This document shows positions 46,432-57,037 of a stretch of 64,000 bases of DNA, in pieces. Numbering within the stretch: the first letter of the stretch is position 1; every line of letters starts with the position of its first letter. Location: the IMG/VR virus record IMGVR_UViG_3300011429_000087, positions 1-64,000 of that record; one strand, 5' to 3'. Below the pieces are notes generated by a model that made no database searches, was not told the origin of the DNA, and worked only from the letters and a program-made list of their open reading frames with translations. Source of the stretch: a virus (taxonomy: Duplodnaviria > Caudoviricetes). The position numbers and the translations under genes were made by a program.

Positions 46432-49400
46432 CGACCCACACCTACAAATCTTCAGCCCATTTAATGAAGCGAGTGGTGCTCCTTTATGGAAGAATTATGC
46501 CCCTTCATATTGGAATGGTCGTGGCAGTGGTATTAGTTTTGATTGGCACGCTCAAATTACAAATGCCGATACCACAGAGCCACAGTCTTGTTGGCCTGGA
46601 GCAGATGCTATATTTATGCCGGAGTCTGGCACCACGCATCGTGGATATCGTGTTCAAGGAACATCCGATATTCAGGCTGCCGCAAATAATACTGCCGCTA
46701 AAAAAGCTCTCGTTATTGGCGGCGGAGCATTTCAGGCAAGACAGATTCTTAATACGCCTCCAGTTGCACAAAGTGGATTTACGCTTGGATTTTGGGTTAG
46801 TCCTCAATCAAATGGTTATATCAAAGAGCAGGGCGGAACATTAGAAACGTTATCTCGTACTAATGCTATCTTTTCTAAAGGGGCTACTAATGATGCCTTG
46901 TATGTAGGCGTATCGGGTGCGATGCATCAAGGGGCTCAATTTGATCAAGATATTTTTGCTTCCGGCTTACAAGCATTCGTCACTGTTATATCGGCCAGTT
47001 TACCCGGCACAAGATTAAGTACGCCTATTGAATCAGGTGCCTACACTCATATAACTATGAGCTATAGATTTACGGCTGCCAATAGTGCGGCGGTTGCATT
47101 ATATAAAAATGGTAGACTTGCTGCCAGCGGCACGAACGTCGCAAACCAACTAAGTGCTGTTAACGCTCAGTTCAACGATAGACCATTAACTATAGGCGGA
47201 TCTATTATTACTAATGCGGCGGGCACAGATCGTTATGAAGACGCGACAGGATTCGGACATCTTATTTCTGGAGTTTACGCTTATGATCGTGTGCTCCATG
47301 AAGGAGAAATCTTACAACTCCATAATCAGGGCGGTTTACAAGTAGACTCCACATTAGTTTATCCACTTTATCAAGCCGTACCGATTACAGATACTTCAAT
47401 AGTTACTTATGCTCCGTTTATTAGTCCGGGCTATATTGATGCGAGTAGACATCACTTAAATCTATTTAGCAGCCAGGACGAAGGAGCGGTTGGTGCTTAT
47501 ATTATCTGTCCAGGTCCGTTCGGACGAGCAATGCCATTTAATGATACTACAAATGCTATTGATATGGCAATCGCTACACCAAGTGGTACATTAGTTGAGC
47601 TTCTATATGGCGGCAATGGTAGTTTTACAATTGCCGGTTGGTTCGCAATGGATAGTGCGGCAGGGGTCACTTCTACCACATACGACACGACAACTCTGTT
47701 CTCCTTTGGATCAATCGGAGCCACTGGGGAATTTGCTCCAGCTCGTCAAACTGGCGGATTTCAAGTATCCGCCTCTGGTGCTGCCAATAACGTTAGAATT
47801 TCGGCCAGATTATACGATGGCGGATTAGTAACAGTAGCAAATACTAAAGTTCTGACACATCCAGAGGTTGACTTATTTCTCTCCATGTTCCGCCATGTTG
47901 CTCTGACATATGATGAACAGACGTTTGGAATCGCATTATATGTAGATGGATTATTGGCTCAAAGTGGGACGATGCCAAATTCAATGCTTGCCCAAATGAG
48001 AAGACTTGCTGGAAGTGGATATCCACTCACGTTCCTTAATGGCGTACCAAACGAAACGACAGACGTTTTTAGTAATAACGCCGGAGACGACTGTGCTGTC
48101 GGTGAAATATTTATTGCTAATCGTCCACTTTTACCAGCAGAAATCAGATATATTGCCGAGAGTGGTATTAATATTAGTCCGCTTTATTATTCAGTTAATG
48201 ATCCTAGATTAAGAGGATATTGGGATTGTACCGGATCTGGTACAAACGACATGATTGTGCCAGACACGTGCCTTATTTTCTCAAGCGGCGGTATTCCGGG
48301 ACATCTTACGCAGATAGTGGGCGATCTTATTTGGGATATAGTAGAAACCTCTTTTAATAAAACACAGCTTGCGAGAATAGATAGAATAAGTCAATCAAGA
48401 CATCCAGATCGAGGCATTACGTCTGGCACTTGGACCGTGATGGGTGCCTCCGATGGTATCCCACATACCGCAAGCACAACTGGCGAATGGAGTAGAACTT
48501 CGTCTACTGACTATTGCCAACGATATAGGATGTATTCGGACGAACGCGATATTCGTGCTCCCGCACATATTAATGAATATATCATTGGATATAATGTGAC
48601 GCCAAGCGGAATTATTCCACCAAATCCGCTTGGAATTGCTGGTCGTGAAACCAATTCTTTGTTAACATACTTTGGCGAGCCATCCGCAACAGATGCGTTT
48701 TGTTCATATCTAACTACCGACGCCGCTTCTGGATTATTAATCGTATTTCAAACAAATGACGGCACAACATTATTTGCACCTTTAGCCTCTGGAGTGATTC
48801 CATTCGGTGTGCAAAGCCGAATTATGTTCCATGCCAAACCAATGTTGCCATTCAATAATGATACTGTCACTCCAATTGAGGTTACGCTTTATGTGAATGG
48901 CAACCCAATTCAAAGATCAGCTTTTGCCAGTAATGCCGCTGCCGGGCCCGCCGCGAGACTATACGATTTAGACGCTAATGGTGCGTCCGATAACTGGACC
49001 CTACAAATCGGCGGTCGAGCCAGCCAAGACAGTTTTGGTTCTCAATCAACAGCTCAGGACGGTCTTGGCGAAATATATATGAATGGCATTTTCGTCATGG
49101 TGGGTTCATTTAGTAGTAATGACCTTCTAAGATTGGCAGCTTCCGGTATTAATTCTAGCAAGACAATTGCTAATTATCCAAATAGTTTAAATACTTCTAC
49201 AGTAACTATTGCGGATAGTGCCCTTCAGGGATATTGGAGATTTAGTGGGCCAGATGCAGGATCGGGAATCACTGATTTAAGTGCAAAAGCAAATCATCTT
49301 AACGCCGTAGCTCGATCAATAGGTCCAGGAGTTAACTCTGCCTTTTTACTTAGATATCTGCCTCTCGGATTCGTTCACGCATCAATTCCGACACAGGCAA

Positions 49401-51100
49401 GCGGTATTACATATGTTGCCGGTGCTCTCGGCATTGCTTCTCCTCCGCCATTTGCTATTTCTGGTACTATGTTTCAAATACCGCAAAGTGGATTTTCGGT
49501 AGGATTTTGGGTTGCTCCAAGAGAGAACGTTGCCGCTGCCGATGCCGTAACATTGTTATCATATGGTATCGTTCCAAGTAGCGTCACAAGTATAGTATTT
49601 ACCGATTCGTCTTGGGCAATTGAGATAGATGATGATAATAATATTACCATGCTATTATCTCAAGATGGAAAGATGAAGTTATCAAATGCTGCTACTCCAT
49701 CCGCATCACAAACAAGATGTTCCATATTAAGAACTGCAATTTCAGATCCGGGACCAGATATAGAAATCTTTAGAAGAGGCTTTTTTAATCCGGGCCATAT
49801 AGATGGACTAGAACATATTGTATTTACTTATCAGCATTCGGAAGATCCTAGTATCAGTGGAATTATTAAAGGATATTTAAACGGCGAAAAAGTTGCCGCA
49901 ATGACCGTACCTGCCAGTGGATTCCATCAGCCGCTTGCACAAGAAACAAGATTTATTAGTTTTATGATTCCCCAGACCGGGATTTGGGCGTTCGGAACTG
50001 CACGCGGTGCCTTAAATAGTATTATGAGTGACGTATTTTATTTCTCTCGTCCGATTGGGGAGGAAGAAGTAAGATTTATTACATTTAATGGCATTAGTTC
50101 TCCAACAACCACAGTAGGATCTGGAGCAATCGGAGGTTATATCCAAGGACTGGCTGGTGCTGATGGAAGTATAGGTGGTTATATAGTCGGCATAGATACC
50201 GTTTCTGGAGTAATCGGTGGATATATGCCGGGGGCATTTGCTAGCTCCGGTGCCATTGGAGGATATGTTTCTTCAATTGGTATTCCTTCTGGAATAATCG
50301 GCGGATACATGAGATCCAATGTTGGTGCGTCTGGTATGATCGGTGGTTATATAGCAAGTAAAATAACTTCTTCTGGAGTAATTGGCGGATGGCAGCGTGG
50401 TGCAATTAGAAACGTATTCTATTTCGACGCAGCATTCGCTGTAGAGTTTTTTGCAAATGCGGACTTTGATGCTAAGTTTAGAGTCAATCAGACTAATAGT
50501 GCCGACTTCGATGCTAAACTAGTTGTATTTCAGGCGGAACAGCCACCAGATATTGATATTATTGTACCAAGTACGACATCGACTGGTACGGCAATTCCTT
50601 GGAACCAGTATTTTATAGGTAGTGGTAGGGCGGTTCAAGGCAAGAGCATCGTCCAAGCAAAATTCTCATTCAGTGACTTTACAGCACCAGTGACAGTTGC
50701 TGAAAGTGGTAATAATTTATATCCAATATCTCACACATTTGCACAGAGCGGATTATATGTTGTTAGATTCTCTGTGATTGACTCGAACGGTCAACATAGT
50801 TCTGCGACACGCATTATTGATTTATCTAGTGGCGTATCACCAGTTAATATTGCTTTATCAGGATTCCCGACCGCCGGATTAGCACCGTTACCAGTTGACT
50901 TTAATCAGATAGTAATATCTGTACCAAATAATGTGGCAATCATTGCTCAATTACTTAGTTTTGATGATGGACAAGAGAGTATAATTAATAATCCAAACCA
51001 TATCTACACAGAACCGGGTATCTATAGACCCATCTGGATCATTAGAGATTCCAGAGGAGTAATATGGAGCGATAGTTTGGTGGCCGGAGTAAATAACTAA
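46418..51100 (+). CDS. Large virion protein: multiple LamG/concanavalin-like domains, repeat stalk, C-terminal PKD domains
   Basis: FT.GFWV / H..TY / LY.NG / R.L...EI LamG patterns three or more times; SG.IGGY repeats; HTF...G.Y.V and P.H.YT.PG.Y PKD patterns. Confidence 0.8.
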   Translation: MALNNDPHLQIFSPFNEASGAPLWKNYAPSYWNGRGSGISFDWHAQITNADTTEPQSCWPGADAIFMPESGTTHRGYRVQGTSDIQAAANNTAAKKALVIGGGAFQARQILNTPPVAQSGFTLGFWVSPQSNGYIKEQGGTLETLSRTNAIFSKGATNDALYVGVSGAMHQGAQFDQDIFASGLQAFVTVISASLPGTRLSTPIESGAYTHITMSYRFTAANSAAVALYKNGRLAASGTNVANQLSAVNAQFNDRPLTIGGSIITNAAGTDRYEDATGFGHLISGVYAYDRVLHEGEILQLHNQGGLQVDSTLVYPLYQAVPITDTSIVTYAPFISPGYIDASRHHLNLFSSQDEGAVGAYIICPGPFGRAMPFNDTTNAIDMAIATPSGTLVELLYGGNGSFTIAGWFAMDSAAGVTSTTYDTTTLFSFGSIGATGEFAPARQTGGFQVSASGAANNVRISARLYDGGLVTVANTKVLTHPEVDLFLSMFRHVALTYDEQTFGIALYVDGLLAQSGTMPNSMLAQMRRLAGSGYPLTFLNGVPNETTDVFSNNAGDDCAVGEIFIANRPLLPAEIRYIAESGINISPLYYSVNDPRLRGYWDCTGSGTNDMIVPDTCLIFSSGGIPGHLTQIVGDLIWDIVETSFNKTQLARIDRISQSRHPDRGITSGTWTVMGASDGIPHTASTTGEWSRTSSTDYCQRYRMYSDERDIRAPAHINEYIIGYNVTPSGIIPPNPLGIAGRETNSLLTYFGEPSATDAFCSYLTTDAASGLLIVFQTNDGTTLFAPLASGVIPFGVQSRIMFHAKPMLPFNNDTVTPIEVTLYVNGNPIQRSAFASNAAAGPAARLYDLDANGASDNWTLQIGGRASQDSFGSQSTAQDGLGEIYMNGIFVMVGSFSSNDLLRLAASGINSSKTIANYPNSLNTSTVTIADSALQGYWRFSGPDAGSGITDLSAKANHLNAVARSIGPGVNSAFLLRYLPLGFVHASIPTQASGITYVAGALGIASPPPFAISGTMFQIPQSGFSVGFWVAPRENVAAADAVTLLSYGIVPSSVTSIVFTDSSWAIEIDDDNNITMLLSQDGKMKLSNAATPSASQTRCSILRTAISDPGPDIEIFRRGFFNPGHIDGLEHIVFTYQHSEDPSISGIIKGYLNGEKVAAMTVPASGFHQPLAQETRFISFMIPQTGIWAFGTARGALNSIMSDVFYFSRPIGEEEVRFITFNGISSPTTTVGSGAIGGYIQGLAGADGSIGGYIVGIDTVSGVIGGYMPGAFASSGAIGGYVSSIGIPSGIIGGYMRSNVGASGMIGGYIASKITSSGVIGGWQRGAIRNVFYFDAAFAVEFFANADFDAKFRVNQTNSADFDAKLVVFQAEQPPDIDIIVPSTTSTGTAIPWNQYFIGSGRAVQGKSIVQAKFSFSDFTAPVTVAESGNNLYPISHTFAQSGLYVVRFSVIDSNGQHSSATRIIDLSSGVSPVNIALSGFPTAGLAPLPVDFNQIVISVPNNVAIIAQLLSFDDGQESIINNPNHIYTEPGIYRPIWIIRDSRGVIWSDSLVAGVNN
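50117..50400 (+). repeat. Seven 14-aa tandem coding repeats xSGxIGGY
   Basis: GSGAIGGY, ADGSIGGY, VSGVIGGY, SSGAIGGY, PSGIIGGY, ASGMIGGY, SSGVIGGW at a 42-nt period. Confidence 0.9.
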
Positions 51101-54100
51101 TGGCAAGTTCAGAGTTTATTACAGTTAGTGGGTCAATAGTTCCTATGAATGGAATTGCTTGGCCCTCTGGATTATTTCCTTCGGGCGTCCCGGGACATGA
51201 CCTATCTGCATTTCTAGCATCTTTGAATGCCGGATTTGGTTTTAATCTTACGCCACATACATTTCAGATGGAATGGATTCCTACCGGAGATGCTGGATCT
51301 TTTCATGGAGCTTCAGGACAATTACCGCCGATCGGCAGCAATTTTGAACTTTATATTGGCGAGTTCTTTTTAAGAGGGTTTATTACCCATGCCGATTATA
51401 CAAGTAGTAAAGACGGTACAATTATTAATATCTCGGTAGAAGATTATCGCAAAATTTTACAGAAAGTTAAGATACATACGGAAGATTTGGGCGAAACCGT
51501 TCCATCAGGAGTTGTTTCTGTCGCACGGGCGTTTCGCAAGGTTAATGGCCTCTATAATATAGATGGTACGCCATCAGATCCTCTTGTAAAAGAATATATG
51601 AAGATTCTTGAGATCGGGGCCACATATTCTCAAATTCTTGCCGCCATCGACTATACATATAATGAGGGTCGGTCCTCTCTTCCTGTTTCAGAACTTCCTA
51701 GCAAAACCAAGTTACAGGCTAATCTCGGTCCAGACTTAGATAATCTTCGTTGGCAGTTTAACCTATCTACCGTTGACGAGGTGATGAGCCGAATTCTAGC
51801 AGATTCCGGTTTCGACTGGTATTGGAATATGAGTGCGGCCCAATTAGCCCTCATTAATAAAAAGAATATTTTTGATGTTACCGAAAGTGAAATTTTGGAT
51901 CTTGTTGGTTCGTTCGGTAGTGCCAGTGGACTAAATGAAACAGTACAAATTGGTTTCGGACAGGATATAGTTTCTGAACCAACTAGATTTAGATTGATGG
52001 GCGGACACCAAGAGGGAATTATCAATTCGGAACTTTTAAGCCCAATCGACGGCCTGGACACTTCGGCATTAGATGGTAAAATCGTCTTTAAGAAGGCGTG
52101 GGACCAATTAACTATTGGGTTCTATGATGCCGATGGCTTCTATCGTACTTATATCCCCTCTGAAAAAGAACTTCAACTTTCAATGGCCGGAATTGAACAG
52201 TGGTCATATTTCAAGAAGTTTCAAAACGCAAGTACGGTCGCATATCCTCCGGGTTTTGGTTTGGCGGCAGATGCCGGATCAATTGCGGCTCAGGATGGCT
52301 CATTCCAAAGTCGTCTCGATCCTTTGATGCCATTGGCTGGAGAAGCCACAAGTGCTGGACAGTCTGGAATTAGAATTATTTCAAACAGACGAGATCAGGA
52401 TCATAACTGGACGCTTGACTTTTTTAATCGAATCAGAAATCATGCATCTAGACATTATGGTAGAACCTATATTGCCAGTGGCATTATGTTCTCAAATGCT
52501 TCTGGAATGTTTAGGCCCGTAGAAGCAGCCTGGGCCAATGTAGAAAATCAAATTCATGGCGGCACCCTTTCTCCGTCTGGTTCTACCAGCGGCCTCTTCG
52601 TAGAGGATTATGAAATTAATAGAAGATTGGGACCAATTAGTCCATTCTTAACTGATGACTTTAGAATTGCGGCCCATTGCGTACTTCCTGAGAATACAGT
52701 ATATGGCCCATTAGGAGATGACGTACCGGCGTCATTTGCAAACTGGACTGAAGATGCTCCCCCATTTAATCCTTCTGGAGACGGCAGACATTATATTCCT
52801 GTACAGATAGCAATCGTCGGACAAAGAGTAATTGACCCACGCAGTGATGACTTATATTCATTTGAGAGATATCCTGAAGGGACATTATTGTGCCAATTAC
52901 CAATTAATGCTGGTCCTGATACTGGCCTAGTAACCGATTCGATTATTAAAAATCTCGAAACTCTAATTAGTACAAGAGATAGACTAAATGGATCTGGTGT
53001 CATTGATATCGTTGATCCTTCGATCATCTTAAATGTATATTCAGAATTAAGTGGAGTAGCAATTCCTGTTGAAGCAAGAACCCGCTATGGACAGTTATAT
53101 CCCACTACATGGATCTCTGGTGTTCTCAACCCACGTACACATGAGGAAGTACAACTAGATGATCAGTTCGTGCCTTGGGCATTCTCTCCGCAGGGCAGTA
53201 AAACATCGCTAGATATTATGACTGATAGGGCAATGTCTAGAGTCATTGGTAAAGTGGTTCGTAGTGACACTTCCAGATATGCAGATTTTACTCAGGTCGG
53301 ACTGCCACTATTATCATTTGACTCATTTGCCAATCAGCAAGTTAATGCGGACGGTCTTTATGGGGCGATCACGCACGGCGTCAGTGAATTAAATATTGGG
53401 TTTTCAATTGATGGATTTAATACTCGTTACAAGATTCAGTCTTACTTCCCCAAATTTGGCAAAGAAGCCCCACTTGGAGAGCGAGTTCGAGGAATATTAA
53501 ATGGCATTATTAATCCAATTGACTTTACATTCTTAAAGTTAGGAAATCAAAATCCGCCTCCGCCAAATAATCCATTTATTGACGCTCCTTCTAAGGATAT
53601 ACCGTTCTATTCAACTAGAGAAGAAAGAGCCGTTCGTGTTAGAATCACAGAAGTAAATGACATATTTACTCTTGCCAGTGCTGGCGAACCTTTACAAGAG
53701 AGATATAGGGGTATTGATGCTCATGGTTATAAGAAACCATACGCAAATTCATTCTCTTCTGACCTAGACCAAAAGCGTGGTGCGATCTGTATAGACGGTT
53801 TCTTAAATCTAGATGATTCAGCCATCTATCATACTGACGCATTTGAATTGCCCGGCGGAACTACTATCCTTCGATACTTCACCGGAGGTAGACCGTTTGG
53901 AAATGGAACAATCGTAACGGTTGAACAGATCAGTGCTGACGTTCCGGGCACCTACGACGTTACGATCTTTGATAATAATAATGCAGGTAGAGCGATTCTG
54001 GCCGTGCCGGTTCTTAATGGATCTGTAAATATTGGCGATAGAACAACATTATCTGTTCGTGGAGATGGCTCAGTAACAACTGGTCCAAATATCGGCGGTA

Positions 54101-54396
54101 TCTATATGAATGGTACTTCATTCGGGGCCGGTGTAATTCCCGTTGAGGTTATTTCTGTTATTTCACAAGGAACAATAGCTGCTACCGCAGAATGTAAGGA
54201 ATTAAATTCTAATGGAGTTCTTTCTGATAACGGTTCAACGTTTAGTGGTGTTATTCCTTTACCCTATAGACAATTCGCAACATCTGGCGACAGAGGATTC
54301 TTAGCGACGGCGACAGTTCCTGACGCCACCACCGGCAGCGGCGTCAGTGTTAATTTCGTTGAAATAGTAAAGCCAGCGTTCATTCGTTATAATTAA
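51100..54396 (+). CDS. Large tail/baseplate protein
   Basis: 1098 aa, TAATG-coupled, SG-rich, tail module. Confidence 0.6.
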   Translation: MASSEFITVSGSIVPMNGIAWPSGLFPSGVPGHDLSAFLASLNAGFGFNLTPHTFQMEWIPTGDAGSFHGASGQLPPIGSNFELYIGEFFLRGFITHADYTSSKDGTIINISVEDYRKILQKVKIHTEDLGETVPSGVVSVARAFRKVNGLYNIDGTPSDPLVKEYMKILEIGATYSQILAAIDYTYNEGRSSLPVSELPSKTKLQANLGPDLDNLRWQFNLSTVDEVMSRILADSGFDWYWNMSAAQLALINKKNIFDVTESEILDLVGSFGSASGLNETVQIGFGQDIVSEPTRFRLMGGHQEGIINSELLSPIDGLDTSALDGKIVFKKAWDQLTIGFYDADGFYRTYIPSEKELQLSMAGIEQWSYFKKFQNASTVAYPPGFGLAADAGSIAAQDGSFQSRLDPLMPLAGEATSAGQSGIRIISNRRDQDHNWTLDFFNRIRNHASRHYGRTYIASGIMFSNASGMFRPVEAAWANVENQIHGGTLSPSGSTSGLFVEDYEINRRLGPISPFLTDDFRIAAHCVLPENTVYGPLGDDVPASFANWTEDAPPFNPSGDGRHYIPVQIAIVGQRVIDPRSDDLYSFERYPEGTLLCQLPINAGPDTGLVTDSIIKNLETLISTRDRLNGSGVIDIVDPSIILNVYSELSGVAIPVEARTRYGQLYPTTWISGVLNPRTHEEVQLDDQFVPWAFSPQGSKTSLDIMTDRAMSRVIGKVVRSDTSRYADFTQVGLPLLSFDSFANQQVNADGLYGAITHGVSELNIGFSIDGFNTRYKIQSYFPKFGKEAPLGERVRGILNGIINPIDFTFLKLGNQNPPPPNNPFIDAPSKDIPFYSTREERAVRVRITEVNDIFTLASAGEPLQERYRGIDAHGYKKPYANSFSSDLDQKRGAICIDGFLNLDDSAIYHTDAFELPGGTTILRYFTGGRPFGNGTIVTVEQISADVPGTYDVTIFDNNNAGRAILAVPVLNGSVNIGDRTTLSVRGDGSVTTGPNIGGIYMNGTSFGAGVIPVEVISVISQGTIAATAECKELNSNGVLSDNGSTFSGVIPLPYRQFATSGDRGFLATATVPDATTGSGVSVNFVEIVKPAFIRYN

Positions 54397-54407
54397 ATGG
54401 ACTAAAA

Positions 54408-56333
54408 ATGACAGTCGCTTCTGGAACCATCCCCTACGCTTACGAAGGACCATATCCATTTAGAGTGCCAGATAACCACTCTATTGGATTTTCTGGTATT
54501 TTATTTGAACAGGCAATGACAGTACATACTGCCGAAATGTTTAGATTCGCCGGTTCTTCAGATGACCCGCCTGTTTTTCTTAAATATTTTACCTTTACTG
54601 GCCCTGCTGAAGACTTTACTCCACGACCAGATGGACACAATTTAGACGGTAGAGTCAATGGTGTCCCGGCTGGAGCGTTTTTCATTGATTATATTTTGGA
54701 TCTCAGAACGTCATTATCAATAGTAAATAGTTTCGCGACATTTGATCTTGCGGGCACACTGCCTGTATTTCTTAAGGATTGGTTGTTGTGGGCTGGTAGT
54801 ACAAGCGGAACGCAGGCCCATTTTACTAGAATACAATTTCCGCTAGGTTCTGATTCTGGCCCCATCTTTAGTGCTGATTTTAATGATCTTGGGGCTAGCG
54901 GTGTTCTTGCCGATATTGATCTTCGAGAAGTTTCATATCAGCCATATTCTAGAATGTCATCTACCAGAACAGTTTCATATCACTTGGCCTCAATTCAATT
55001 ATCTCCTATATTCCCAGGATTTATGTCAACCAATGGAGCGTTCGTCAATCTTAATTCCAGAGAACAGGCGTTATCATTTAGTTCACAGGGTATAACTAGA
55101 ACTTCTGCCGACTTCCAGGCTGGGGATATCATACTTGACGGAGATATGTTCTTCTCAGATACAGATTTCTGTCTTGTGCCGGGCACTGCCACACGAGATA
55201 ATTTAGAAGGTGTTATTACGCATAACGCATATAGTCCGCCATTATCTCTGCCAGGACGTATTTTCTTTGGCAATGCCAATAATACAGTTGATCCTCGGGC
55301 TAAAGCACTTCTAGCACCGCTTGCTCTATCACCTGGAGGTTATGGTATTGGAGCAATTAATAGTTTATCAACCCATCCTGGTCTTGTTGTGCCGTCTGGC
55401 ACATTAAGTTTCAAACCGGCCATTCCTTATGGTGGCGGACATGCCGGTAGCGGTTTCTACGTCTTTGACGAAACGGTATGGATTCAAGATGATGAAATTC
55501 TAAATCCGTCAGGAGCACGACTATTAAATCCATTAACACGTAGTCAATTCGTATGGTTCAGAATTGCAGATCAGACAAATGCGTTTGATGATTTAGGTGG
55601 CAATCACGCTTGGAGTACCCAAAATATGGTTGGTTTGATGGATAATGGCACAAACTACGTTAAGATGTCTACTATGTTAGCCACGGCTGATGCCGATAGG
55701 AAAATGGGATTTTTCTCATATGATAAATCTACTTTCGATCTTGTCTCGGTAGATCAGCCTGTTCAAGATTGGACTGTATTTACATCATCTATCTCTGTTC
55801 CTGGAGTCCTTGTTCATGCATCATGGAACGGCTCTCAATACTATGCTTATTCAAATAGCGGATCTGGCCCAGCTAGAAATATTTTCATATTTGACAGCGG
55901 GTTTATCTTAGCAGATTCTAAGTTTTACGGAGCCCATACTTTAACATGGATTCAGGGAAATATATTCACTGGTGGTGATTTCGGTGGTGTAGGAGACACC
56001 ATGTATGAATTAATTATTGATCCTGATACTGGCAATGATACGGTAACAGATACAGGTATAGCTTATACTGTTGATATTACTGTTGCAGCATGGCCCGCAA
56101 GTCATTCAAGTTTAGTAACAGAAATTTATCCACCTAAGAAAATTACAGGATCTCCACATTTCGCGGACGGTACTTGGATGCTAGCCGTAAATGCCGCAAA
56201 TGTTGTAGTTATGTTTAGAGGCGAATTATCTGGTAGTTCTATCGTCCCACAAGAGGGATTTATTATAAGTTCATTAAGTTCGGCCGCCCCCGCCCGAGTC
56301 GGCTACGAATTCGTACATGGAACATTCACTTAG
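54408..56333 (+). CDS. Tail protein, candidate receptor-binding
   Basis: 641 aa, beta-rich, SG-rich, end of tail module. Confidence 0.55.
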   Translation: MTVASGTIPYAYEGPYPFRVPDNHSIGFSGILFEQAMTVHTAEMFRFAGSSDDPPVFLKYFTFTGPAEDFTPRPDGHNLDGRVNGVPAGAFFIDYILDLRTSLSIVNSFATFDLAGTLPVFLKDWLLWAGSTSGTQAHFTRIQFPLGSDSGPIFSADFNDLGASGVLADIDLREVSYQPYSRMSSTRTVSYHLASIQLSPIFPGFMSTNGAFVNLNSREQALSFSSQGITRTSADFQAGDIILDGDMFFSDTDFCLVPGTATRDNLEGVITHNAYSPPLSLPGRIFFGNANNTVDPRAKALLAPLALSPGGYGIGAINSLSTHPGLVVPSGTLSFKPAIPYGGGHAGSGFYVFDETVWIQDDEILNPSGARLLNPLTRSQFVWFRIADQTNAFDDLGGNHAWSTQNMVGLMDNGTNYVKMSTMLATADADRKMGFFSYDKSTFDLVSVDQPVQDWTVFTSSISVPGVLVHASWNGSQYYAYSNSGSGPARNIFIFDSGFILADSKFYGAHTLTWIQGNIFTGGDFGGVGDTMYELIIDPDTGNDTVTDTGIAYTVDITVAAWPASHSSLVTEIYPPKKITGSPHFADGTWMLAVNAANVVVMFRGELSGSSIVPQEGFIISSLSSAAPARVGYEFVHGTFT

Positions 56334-56339
56334 TGTATT
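56331..56339 (+). promoter_or_regulatory. TAGTGTATT putative late promoter (overlaps stop)
   Basis: Exact motif. Confidence 0.65.
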
Positions 56340-56344
56340 AAATT

Positions 56345-56439
56345 AACGCTGGATGCCAGATGGCGTCTTATGGGACACAGCGTTCGGACTTTTACCGTCT
56401 GATAGCCAAGACTTATTATGTCTTGGCTATCATTTTTTT
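56345..56439 (+). ncRNA. Candidate structured small RNA / attenuator leader
   Basis: Nested stems AACGCTG/CAGCGTT, GATGCC/GGCGTC and TCGGAC/GTCTGA, then a 12-bp terminator GATAGCCAAGAC/GTCTTGGCTATC plus T7. Confidence 0.45.
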
Positions 56440-56451
56440 GGTAGATTATGT

Positions 56452-57015
56452 ATGAATGTTTTAATTAATAAAACTTGTCTAGAATGTATAAATACATTTG
56501 AAACGATTGCTACTAATAGTAAAAAATCACGTAAACTATGTCGCGATTGTTATTTTCGTAAAAGACGAGAAGTCATGATAAAAACTAATAAAAATAGAGT
56601 GAAGAATAAATCTATTCAGTGTCAAAAATGTTTAAGTATATTTTTGGCAGCTAAAAAGAATGCTAAATGCTGTCCAACTTGTAGACAACAAAATGATAGT
56701 AGAAAGAGTCCTACATATTTAAAAAGTGAACATTATCGTTTAAAGTCTATTGAATGGAGTCATAATCACAGGGCCAGAGCAAAAGGTTCTCTATCTAAAT
56801 TTCATAAAAAGTATATTTCTCAATTACTTGCGGATTATAATCATCAGTGTGTTTATTGTGGATCTGATAAAAAATTAACTGTAGACCATTTAATTCCAAT
56901 AGTTAGGGGTGGCTCTAATGACTATAATAATTTAACGTTAGCCTGTTTATCTTGCAATTCGGCAAAACGAGACAAAATGCCATTAAACTTTCTTTGTTAT
57001 CGAATCTCAAAATAG
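56452..57015 (+). CDS. HNH endonuclease
   Basis: CxxC repeats; CVYCG..LTVDH.IP..RGG.N...NL..AC.SCN..K. Confidence 0.9.
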   Translation: MNVLINKTCLECINTFETIATNSKKSRKLCRDCYFRKRREVMIKTNKNRVKNKSIQCQKCLSIFLAAKKNAKCCPTCRQQNDSRKSPTYLKSEHYRLKSIEWSHNHRARAKGSLSKFHKKYISQLLADYNHQCVYCGSDKKLTVDHLIPIVRGGSNDYNNLTLACLSCNSAKRDKMPLNFLCYRISK

Positions 57016-57037
57016 TCGCAAGTTCTAGGAGTATAAT

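Noticed and set aside
24444-52061. Many antisense ORFs in the track (e.g. 24444-24971, 37787-38212, 39092-39481, 51651-52061)
   Set aside because: Shadows of long, codon-biased sense genes, with no RBS or recognisable motifs.
21902-56339. TAG recoding or programmed read-through at TAG-TGT-ATT stops
   Set aside because: The same 9-mer occurs outside stop codons and in other frames (6412, 19525, 23794), and long genes are intact under the standard code; a promoter explains it better.
56345-56412. c-di-GMP-I riboswitch or hammerhead resemblance (GGGACACAGC, CTGATAG)
   Set aside because: Lacks the GGCAAAC/GNRA-receptor elements of the riboswitch and the CUGANGA/GAAA core of a hammerhead.
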